Shown: positions 24,431 to 33,831 of the stretch, one piece after another
How positions within the stretch are numbered: the stretch's first letter is position 1
Layout: each line of letters starts with the position of its first letter
NCBI GenBank assembly: GCA_002256025.1
Contig: NKIB01000289.1
Coordinates: 1 to 33,831, forward strand
Origin: Asterionella formosa
Lineage: Eukaryota
Reading direction: 5' to 3'
Length of the DNA: 33,831 nucleotides
The notes under the pieces: model-generated
What the model saw: only the letters and a program-made list of their open reading frames with translations
The model's database searches: none
What the model was told of the DNA's origin: nothing
Position numbers and translations under genes: made by a program

Positions 24431-25463
24431 ATCCACCATGGTTGATTCAACCTCAATACATTTATTCATTCCATAATGATGACCATTCTACTCAGTGTGC
24501 TGATAATTGGTACTACTTCATCTGGCTTCCACCAGCATTGCATTTGCACCTATCTCTGTATCAATTTTGGACCTTGCAATTGCAATTCACTTCCCTCATT
24601 AATACCCTTGGTGTACCTATCTCACAATTCAAGGATCTTTCCTATGATGTAACACTTTTCGATACACTTTTTAGCCAAGTATAAAGGCAAGCATCATAGA
24701 GACTATATTACAGAGCAGAAAGGAATCCGCTGGTAGTGCGGCTAGGAAGGCTTCCGGGTTCCTTTTTGGAATAATTATAGAAAAGGCCCCGTCACCATGG
24801 CAAAATACAGCAATAAAGCGGAATACCATGCCATAGGCAACAAAGTAGCAACGACACTGACGCAAATCCAAACCAGCGCTATGGCACTCAAAGGAAGGAA
24901 AGCAATCGCTAGAAAAATCAGGAAAACTCCGCAAATCAACAAACGCAGCCAACTATGATCAAGATGACGTCGAGATAGCAATAGCTTCGAAACAAGAGAT
25001 ATTCGAAGCCAAACTGGCCAGAACAAAAGCTACAACCGGAGGCTACTAAATCAAGAAGATGACAACAAAGGAACAACCAACGACCGATCCAGAGTTTGAC
25101 TCTTTGATTGAACCGTGGAATACGAAAAAAATCAGCAATCCATCACTACATTTCTTAGGAAATCGACAGTGGACTCCAGCTCCAACACAGGTCCTGCGCC
25201 AAACTCAGGCTCATCCACTGCATACAAGGACAACGCCTTCGATTGACTGGTGCTCATGGCAAGGAATAAGGAAAAATCACACACTACATCACTACAACTA
25301 GTGGCTACAACATCGACAGAAGAATTTATCTCCAATTGTATTGCGTCAAAATCAGGTGTTCACTCTCTCTTAATCGGAATGAACTCAAGTTTGCCTCCAA
25401 GAAAGGGGAGGAGAATCAGGCAAACCTAAAGAAATCTTTCCCATTGGAAGCGCTGAAGGACAG

Positions 25464-25578
25464 TCCATTACACTTTTTGCATTGAAGTGTCGGAAAATGA
25501 ATAATGAGTTTGTTGGGGGAACTCGAGATTACTATATTTTTGACTAAATTTGTAGCAAATCAATATTAATTTCTATCA
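25464..25578 (+). repeat. Old dispersed repeat fragment similar to 3340-3450
   Basis: See 3340-3450. Confidence 0.5.
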
Positions 25579-27544
25579 ATGATAGAAACTTTTCCTAACA
25601 AAATTTTCAATGACTCTTTTTACTTAGCATATTGAAAATCGAAAAATAAAAATAAAATTTGTACTACTGTACATTTTGTCAAGAAATCGGATGCATAATG
25701 TATCAGATGTACTTGCGATTTCGACATGGAACACATCATACATACAACAAACCTTGTATACCGGTATACTTTGTACATTCCATATATATATTGCGTAACA
25801 TATTCTATATATTTGGCATACATACTACTGGGTATTACCAGTGCTTGCATGTGTGTTTGTACGGCTGCCTGTGGTATGGGATTGATGAGACAGCAACTCC
25901 ATCTTGACCATGACGAAATTATGGAGTTGAGTATCTTCACGAATATTGACAATGACAAATCCTATTTCGCACGTGTATGTAGACTAACATAGATGAGATT
26001 ATCGTTGAATAATAAAATTTTTTGCACTAGTATTGACAACAAAAAGTTAAAATCGGCGCTGGAAGTTTTTTTGGTCGTCATTTGCTCAGTTTTGAAGATA
26101 TGACCAAAGTAGCGACAGTGTTGAGTCCGCAGGATTAGCTCGATATCTTTGACTAGATTTGGTTTTCTATTTTTTGTAAAAATAGATGAAAAAACTTGAG
26201 CGACAGTATTCTCGGAGAGGGTACAACATTTCAAAAATTGTATTCTTTCGCTGAAGAACAGAGGAGAATCAGGTGCTTCACATGGTAATGCGCGCGGCGA
26301 AATCGGGTTCAGCAAAAAATGGTGGAAGCTTCGAGTGTTGCTAGATAAAAATAAGGAGAACTCGGACCATAAATTAAACTACTTCGCTTTTTCCTACAAG
26401 GTGATAGGAAGCTCTAAGGTCTCTATCAAGGCACAAGTGGAAGTTTTAGTGAGTTTATATGTACTTTAAATATTGGTTGTGAAACAATGTCACCTCGGAG
26501 TCAACAAGAATGTGGCTTTGAATGTGGATAAACTACTTTCCATCATGTTGGAAAGAGTGGAGAAAATCAGGTCATTATCAGTGATCAAAAAAAGAGCGGA
26601 AATAAGGTGGAATTGCACATACTTGTCATTACACCTCGCAAACGTGAAGCGGCTATGAGGTTCTTCAAAGAGCTGTCCTTTCCTTGACATCGGCCAACAA
26701 CAGATTATGGGTCAAGTCGGTAAAGATCAGGCGACTTGGTTGCTCATCCGGAGGGACTCTTTCCGTACAAAGTGGATCCTTGCCGAATGCTACTGGCAGA
26801 TGACAGGCAGGGCAATGTCCTTGGTTGCCTATGGCCCATTCACTGACAAAATGAAGATTTTTGACCCCAAACACATGACAATGTGAGCCACTTTTGGAAA
26901 ATGTTGTCAATGGTCATTCCCGGTTCTGTTACACAGCCCCTATTTGCTTGCAACAGGTAACGCAACCTAAGTCAGCAAAGGTATGCCACATACCTGTACA
27001 TTGTTGCACACTAACGTCGATTTGTCAAAGGTTTGTCAAGAGCCTCATTTTGTCTACCAGCATACAGACCTGGTAATCAATGATGTTGACACGAGTCTTC
27101 CTTGGGTATTGGATATGTCCCTCGGTTCTGGTGGGTACTCCATAAATATCTGAGATGGATAGTCATTAGACTGTAACTTTGACTTAGATCGAAAAGGTAA
27201 AGCAGCAGAGAATCAACATGCGATGTTACTTCGCATTCCTTTCAAATACATATTTTAAATGCGGGGTGATACATTTCATGCAGGTGCTACTATGGACAAT
27301 CACCTCACCAATGGAGCTTTGAGACTTCATATGTACTTGTGGTATGGTTCCATTTCAGAGAAAAACTCAGTTGCGGTCAGGAAACAAGCTTGGAATACCA
27401 TTAACACCAAGGCCTATGGAAAGAATATTATCCCTCCATCTCTAGTTTCATTTTTGCTAGATTCTTATGGAAAGGGGATGGTAAATTTATATTTAAAAAT
27501 GATTAGTTAATAGTAAGTTGTTCAATAAGTAAATCAATACCATT

Positions 27545-28050
27545 TGCATTACAATTGAGAGAAAGCGTTGTCAAGATGTCAAGACAGGATTGACCTTCTT
27601 GAGAGCATCTTCTATTCAATTGGCGCCATCAACACCAATTGAATCTGGCATTGACATGAATTTAATTGCCTCCGATATAAAGCGAAGTCAGCCAATCCAA
27701 TATTGACCTGCCTTGAGGGGGCAATGGCCTTGGCGCCAAACCCCAATTTAATTGCTTGGCATTGAGAGATCAAGTGTAGTCATGAAATTATTGACCTTGA
27801 AGACCTGTGTTGATATAAACCTCGATGGGGTAACGGTCTTCGCACCGTCATCACCAATTGAGTTGGCATTGAGATCAAGTGTAGTCACGACAGTATTGAC
27901 CTTGAAGACCTGTGTTTATGGCCTTGGCGCCATCAAGACCAATAGAATCTAAATCGAAAGTAACTGTAGTCAATGCAGCATTGACCTTGACAGCCTTTAC
28001 AATAGCCTTGGCGCCAACAACATCAATTGAATTCTTTGGTACATCAAGTT
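27545..28050 (-). pseudogene. Ribonuclease-inhibitor-type (28-aa, NLRC3-like) leucine-rich repeat pseudogene
   Basis: Minus strand translates to NSIDVVGAKAIVKAVKVNAALTTVTFDLDSIGLDGAKAI and FKVNTVVTTLDLNANSIGDDGAK, with several further broken units, frameshifts and stops. Confidence 0.85.
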
Positions 28051-28538
28051 TCGCCGCGATGCCGCTTAAACTAGCCGAAAATTTGAGTGCATACCTTGTT
28101 TTTTACCTAGTACCGGTATTTCGATTCGAGTAACGACAGCCACCATTCTATGACGTTCGTTTTCGTACAAAGCGACTCCATCAGCCGCCATGGCTGTACT
28201 TATGTTCGAACAGCATTAAGGATGTCCCATTACAGGTGTCGATACCGGAACCCACGTTGAGATTTGCCGTCCTGGCTAAATTATGTGGAAATACAATGGA
28301 TCATTTTCTACACATGCAACGACATAAAGCAATAGCAAAAAATAGCAAGGCGTGTTACCATAATAAATTTATGTACTCGCGATAAACCGGTACCCACATT
28401 GATACACCCCCAAGGAAGGAATGTTTGTGTTGATGTAGAGGAGAAAACTACTTATTAACTTAAATTAACGATGACGCTCTTCCATGTTGAGACAAAACTT
28501 GCTTACATCCCGACCCAGTGGTTTTGAAAACCACTGGG

Positions 28539-28817
28539 ATGGAAGATATTTCAGACAAAAGCGAAGAAGTGGCTGACGAAGATGACAGTCACAGCAACAG
28601 TGGCTGACAGTGACAGTTTTGCTATCGAAAACAGCCTGAATTTAAATAGGGTAATGAGGATGACTTCAACAGCTGCGATATCGAAGAAATCGAGGGTGGA
28701 GTGGGCACTACTGTCACAGAAGAGCCTGGGATCTCCTTGGAAAGCGGGGTTCTTTAAGCACTTGATGACGGTGTTTTCGTCAATCCACCAAATGAAACAA
28801 AAGCTGAGGTGTGGGTG
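28539..28817 (+). pseudogene. N-terminal acidic fragment of a MULE-like transposase; 28692-28817 is repeated inverted at 29688-29813
   Basis: MEDISDKSEE...GGVGTTVTEEPGISLESGVL*ALDDGVFVNPPNETKAEVWV matches the peptide in the minus ORF 29452-29904. Confidence 0.6.
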
Positions 28818-28820
28818 AAA

Positions 28821-29041
28821 AGTGGTTAGCACACATGTTGTGGTGGCAGGTTCGATTCCTGCATTCTCCACCTGTTTGTTCATGTAGTCCCTAGGGTCCC
28901 CGGGGGTTGCGGCTGACAAAAAGGCAGATCCTGTTGTACCATACAGACAAATAAAACTGGTACTAATTGTGTCCATTTATTCATTTATTTGGGCACGAGT
29001 GCGATTATTGGATAGCTTAAATGTACTATAACATTTGATTG
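28821..29041 (+). mobile_element. SINE-like element with tRNA-His-derived head (5' clipped), copy 1
   Basis: AGTGGTTAGCAC (D-loop), TTGTGG (GTG anticodon loop), a perfect T-arm GCAGG-TTCGATT-CCTGC and ATTCTCC-A-CC, then a ~170-bp body repeated at 29811-29989. Confidence 0.7.
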
Positions 29042-29813
29042 CTAATTTTTGTCTGTACGCATTCACCAACAAATTCTCAGTTGTTAGTACAGCTACCAAA
29101 GAGTGGTCTTCTGGTTGACAGTCTATGCCAAGTAGGTACATCGAATGTTGCGTGAAATTAAAGATATTTTCCTTCTTGTACGATTCAAGGATAGCAGCGA
29201 TTCCTCGTCCCCAGTTATAGCCTTGACCACCATTTATAACCACAACGATTTATTGCGTAAGCGAGTGAGTTGTCGTTTCATGCACTTCCTCAACAGGAAT
29301 TCCTTTTGCCCCAGCCTCAGCAATGCAAAGTGCTGGTTTCATGTTCAATCTATTTGGGGAAGTAATTAACACAGACTGATGGTATTTATGAATACGTTTT
29401 CTTATGCCATCCTTGACAACATTATGTTGCTTGTGTTTTAAATCACCAATCTCAATTGTGGTCAAATTTGATTTTGGTATTGAATAATTCCCGAATTACA
29501 AAGAGACATTTACAGGAATGAAAAAATGTGCATATTTTCTCGGTAACTCTAATGCCATCAGCTCTAAAGTATGGACGATCTTTTGCTGACCACATGAGAC
29601 TCCCGCCACCTCCACAATTCCGTTGTCCCAAATCGCAAAGAATTCCTTCAACCTCCCCAGGCTTGACAGCCGTGACAAAATAATTATTCACCCACACCTC
29701 GGCTTTTGTTTCATTTGGTGGATTGACGAAAACACCGTCATCAAGTGCTAAAAGAACCTCGCTTTCCAAGGAGGTCCCAGGCTCTTCTGTGACAGTAGTA
29801 CCCACTCCACCAT
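29042..29813 (-). pseudogene. Frameshifted MULE/Mutator-like transposase fragment (zinc-finger-like region up to just before the first catalytic Asp)
   Basis: Three consecutive minus-strand pieces with a C/H pattern (KICTFFHSCKC...HKQH) and VAVLTTENLLVNAYRQ. Family recognised from memory, not searched. Confidence 0.5.
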
Positions 29814-29989
29814 TCTCAACCTGAAGTTCTTTTATGAAGTCCCTGGTGCTCCGGGGTGTGTGGCCAACAATAAGGAGACAGGTCCTGATGTATCGTACGG
29901 ACAAATAAAATCGGTCCTAGTAGTGTCCATTTATTTGGGCACGAGTGAGATTATTGGATAGCTTTAACGTACACTATAAGATTTGATTG
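29811..29989 (+). mobile_element. SINE-like element body, copy 2 (head missing)
   Basis: Colinear with 28862-29041 (cattctc.acctg, agtccct, gacaaataaaa, gtgtccatttat, ttgggcacgagtg.gattattggatagctt, atttgattg). Confidence 0.8.
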
Positions 29990-30139
29990 AAAATTTCGTT
30001 GTATGTTATTTTTTTATATTTTCCAATGCATGGCTCCAAAGAATCAACACATCGATTGTTTTATTCATATTCGATCCCACATGTCTAGCGAAATTCTGAT
30101 GCAATAAGTATTACCATACATAAGAACAACCAAGTTTTA

Positions 30140-31920
30140 CATTGAGGAATACTGCCTTAAGAGCCTGGAAGAAGTGCAAGTTGGGTGGTTATTTGGGAAG
30201 AACTGTTTTCTAATGTCAAACAAGGGAGTTAAGGCATGGTTAAATAAAATGTTATGGACTGCAGCACAGGACTTAGATTACCAACTCCGCTGGCAAAGAA
30301 TTAGATTCCAGAAGTTTGGGATAAATTACATAACCTATGCCTGCGTTGTCAGGGCCAGTCAAGCCATGGCAATGCTAATATACAACGCCATCACCAAGGT
30401 ACTACTAATCTCAGAATCATCTATGGTGGGTTTTATCGGGTATAATGCATTGAACGTCTTTACAAAGGAAGACTATGAGTCAGTAGCCTAATTTTAGTCC
30501 CTGCAGACTTGATTACTGACTACGAGTAGAACCATGCTGATGCACGAGTTCACAGATACAGACACTCACACATAATACAAGGGCGTGCCACCACGTTTCG
30601 GAATTTCATGCTTGAATCTGTCAACGAATGTTAGATGCTGATTATGCGGCAAAAAAACTTATGATGATTTTCCCTAAGGATGATCATGAGCGGGCGGCAT
30701 AATTAGGGGCTAAAGAGCTCAATTCTCTGATTAGTTTATCGGAATATGAAGGCAAGAAACCAGCTGCATTCCCCTTGAAACAGTTCTTGCTGGGGGGACC
30801 AAGGTCAGAGAAGGATAAAATGGAGGTAAGTGCATTGCTGGCAAGGTCAAAAAGAGGTCTCCGTCTCATCAAGTCCTCACACAAGGATCAGTGACCTCCG
30901 ACAAGCTCACCGCAGGCAATACCCCCTCTAAACCAATAAAGACATGGGCTCAGACTGCTTCAAACATCATGTGGTCTCAGCATTAACAGCGGAATCCACT
31001 CTAAAAACGGTGTCTAGGACTCGCTAACTAGTAGAAGAAGGACTCCAAGAACCACTCCTATCCCGTCAGAAGAACACAGCTTCAATGCTGGTCAACAATT
31101 TAGATTCTGCCATGAACCAGCTGCTATTCCTCCAGTAGCTGGCTTCTACTCAAGCCACAAGAATTATGGAAACAGTGGAAAAACCATTAGCACAAGTTTA
31201 CCATAGTCTATGCATCTGATGGTGGACACTTTAGTGCACGCCCTCACACAGCACTGGATTCTCGGTAATCTAAGTTCTTCCAGGTCATCAGAACGGCTAC
31301 CAAGGCCAGTGTTACTTACGACACCACCAACATCTCTGATCTGCGATCCTTCTAGGGTTAATTAGCTTACCACAGCGGTCGCCCCTGGATCTCAGCTAAC
31401 CTCCCTGCTGGGGAATTCAGGCACGAATACCGGAATAAATTCTTGGCAACTGCCTACTAAGGAAAGGAAAAGGAAAGTGTCTCCTAAATGAACAATGGAA
31501 TCTGAGCCCAGCAGTTCTATCTCTCCGTCAAAATATTCGGTTCTGCAGGAAGACGATGACAATGATGGAGACATCTATGGCGCACCGCTTGCCTCCACAA
31601 CAATGGCGATAGTAGAAGAGCCTGAGCGAGGTAGTAGTCCTAGTACACATGAGACTCCAACAACTCAAACCAAGCTATCTGCTCACTTTTGTTTCAAGAC
31701 TGATAAATATTCAGTTACACTGACTCCAATAAGTATCCTTAATTTTAATTTCATTCGAGGGAGTGCATACACCTTCTCCCTTCGTTCCAGTGCCCTTTGT
31801 AACCACATCTGTTGGGTTGATCATGGGTTGATTCTCACTTTAGGATCTAGGCTGGCGCCAGGAAGCGCCATAGTACAAGCTGCACAATTCATAGTTGTGT
31901 AGTCTTAAGGCGCTTAAGAC
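30140..31920 (+). pseudogene. Heavily decayed ORF, possibly ORF1 of a non-LTR retrotransposon
   Basis: EEVQVGWLFG...LRWQRI motif and a low-complexity S/T/D-rich end, with many stops. The assignment is tentative. Confidence 0.25.
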
Positions 31921-32029
31921 AAGAAGTTATTATATAATAGAACTCTTTTGGATATCATCGATGATGGTGTATTAATAATGACGCACATCATATTATGTTA
32001 CAGACTTCCTTTGCTTGTAGTATTTTATC

Positions 32030-32850
32030 AGCATATTCCATGTGTTATTCAGGCCACTACTGAACTCACTACTGGCTTGAATCTATGATTTACAGAGCTA
32101 TCTACATTTTCCTGTATGAATCTCATTGGAAGGTTCATACAATGGCAGTTGTACCTCACCTAGAAGATTGCTCAGCTCTTTGCTTGGATTGGAAATCCTA
32201 CTGTGGTGATTGATATTGATGTTCACCTCCATTGTTGTAATGGTTTACATTAACAAGATTGCTTGACTCCCGAATGCATCTATCTTACTTTTCTGGACAT
32301 TTACTCTGGTTCTGCTTATTACATTTCTCATTAGCAAGTACATGAACTTTCATCCTCCTGAGGACTGCATTGGAACTGTTACAGAATTCTTTGCCTTTGT
32401 ACACCACCCAACAGTGAAATCCAATGAATTCTGTCGATACACTTTGCAACGCATGCGCTTAGGATCCTATCTATTCAGGAAATCAATTTTGTACCATTTT
32501 CTCCAGCAACATTGGTGATGTAGATCACTCATTTCCAATTCATTTTGATTTCATGTTAGCATATTCTATGGTGCCTCAACATACACTCACACTGGAATAT
32601 GCTCTTGGTGGTTCTACAGTCCTACTGAATCATTGAACAATCAAATTCATGCTCTGATGAGTCTCAGGAATCAACAGATCCATGTGTCCTATTTTCCTTC
32701 TGTTTACAACAGGACCAACACTCAAGTCCTACACGCAAATACCCAACTTGATCAAATCTCATTGTTCAAGATTGACTCCACTGTTTTCCTCTTGATGCTA
32801 AGAAGATTCTTTCATTGCCTTGCCTTTTGGTGCTCCCTTTTCACAATGCA
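32030..32850 (+). pseudogene. Very degenerate Copia RT/RNaseH relic
   Basis: Faint motifs in the expected order: TTGL (TPGLW-like), HLED, DWKSYCG and ISLFKIDST. Confidence 0.3.
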
Positions 32851-33224
32851 CCTGTATACTGGTGTTGATATGATATATTGCGCCTGCTCTAGCATGCTCC
32901 AGCACTACCCTGGAATGACTGGTCAAGATCTTTCTCACACCGCTTGTTTGCGTATTATTCTGCTCTATATAACTTAAATAGAGCAGAATAACTCCTGTCT
33001 ATTTCCATTTTGACATTCCTCATACTTCATCTATTCTTTGGACACCTGTCAACATCAACAGCCTAACAGACACACTCTGACATCCTCCCCTGTTGATGCT
33101 TGACATACCACATCATCCTAATGTGTATGCTCGACACATCCTTTCCTACAGGCTTTTTCATAGTGCCCTCTCTTTTCCTTCTTCTCTTTTTTCTTTTTCT
33201 CTTCATTTTTCTTTCTGTTCTTGC

Positions 33225-33288
33225 TGAGGACTCGAACTCTCGACCTCTATTTTCACGTACATCCTCGTGCCACTTGTACTAACCAGCC
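33225..33288 (-). promoter_or_regulatory. Degenerate tRNA-like sequence / Pol III A and B boxes inside the TRIM
   Basis: A-box TAGTACAAGTGG (33281-33270), variable-loop-like AGGTC and B-box GAGTTCGAGTCC (33239-33228) at tRNA-like spacing. Acceptor and anticodon stems are not intact. Confidence 0.55.
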
Positions 33289-33296
33289 CGCTACCA
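33283..33296 (-). promoter_or_regulatory. Primer-binding site, initiator-tRNA-Met-like
   Basis: TGGTAGCG immediately after the 5' LTR, complementary to a ...CGCTACCA tRNA end as in the Ty1 PBS. Confidence 0.75.
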
Positions 33297-33524
33297 TTTT
33301 GAAATATATGGCGCCTACTCGAGAGCGCGCTCCAGTACTGCCCTGGAATGATCGGTCGATCTTTCTCGCGCCTCTCGTTTGCATACATGATATTAAACTG
33401 CCATGTATAAATCCTTTCTATTTCCGTTTAGGCATTCCTCACACTACATCTTGCCTTCGGACACCTGTCGACATCAACAGCCTAACAGACACACTCTGAC
33501 ATACTTGTAGGTATGTAATACATA

Positions 33525-33831
33525 AGTTGGTAGATGCTACGTATCTGTAGCTCTCACGCAGTAAAATTTGCTAGAAAAATGTTTCTACACAATTTGTTTG
33601 TTTTACTTTGTTTGCTAATAATTGTTTTTATAAAAGAGTGAGCTTAATGTAAATTTGAATGTATGATTTTGAAACTTCCAAGCTCATGCATGTTTCAAAA
33701 TAGAGGTGATCTTCGGAGGCGAGGTTCATTTGTGTTCCCAACTTGAACTGAGAATAAACTACATCCTCTTCCTAAATACACATTTGTCTTAATCTTGGCC
33801 TGTCTCAACTTAGGCCAGATGCTGTTTGATC
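33525..33831 (-). repeat. Second copy (inverted, cut by window edge) of the 8276-8934 LTR
   Basis: Reverse complement of about 8623-8934 with only scattered substitutions and one small indel. Confidence 0.95.

Larger units (their letters stand above)
32863..33501 (-). mobile_element. Complete 639-bp non-autonomous LTR element (TRIM-like)
   Basis: 5' LTR 33501-33297, PBS TGGTAGCGGG starting at 33296, non-coding internal region, PPT GGGGAGGA 33090-33083, 3' LTR 33082-32863 (TGTCAG...CAACA), flanks tactgg/tacttg. Confidence 0.88.

Noticed and set aside
26473..26658. hAT-like RWN motif (IRWNCTY)
   Set aside because: A single short motif with no other hAT blocks or TIRs.
28821..28872. Functional tRNA-His gene
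   Set aside because: The 5' acceptor strand and the 3' half of the anticodon stem are missing; treated as a SINE head.
29880..29920. Hammerhead ribozyme (CTGATG...) in the SINE body
   Set aside because: Lacks the CUGANGA and GAAA cores, and copy 1 reads CTGTTG.

Overview
This window is eukaryotic, AT-rich DNA dominated by transposons. A diatom or related stramenopile origin is inferred from CoDi-like Copia motifs and an 'AF'-type plastid presequence; this is not proven. LTR elements: a decayed minus-strand Ty1/copia element (5' LTR 2820-3244, gag-PR-IN running off the left edge), a related solo LTR (11911-12365), and a 5'-truncated plus-strand Copia RT/RNaseH whose 3' LTR appears to have AGTTG...CAACT ends, with an inverted second copy at the right edge. 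DNA-transposon relics: an internally deleted Tigger/pogo transposase, a long-TIR MITE and a rearranged MULE-like remnant interleaved with two copies of a tRNA-His-derived SINE-like repeat. Also present: one probable host gene (4979-5578), an LRR pseudogene and several tandem repeats. The most striking object is a complete 639-bp TRIM-like element (32863-33501) with LTR-PBS-internal-PPT-LTR structure, a 6-bp TSD and tRNA-type Pol III A/B boxes beside its PBS. A rod-like hairpin of about 230 nt (4339-4566) is unexplained. All alignments were done by eye, and single-base frameshifts could be sequencing errors.
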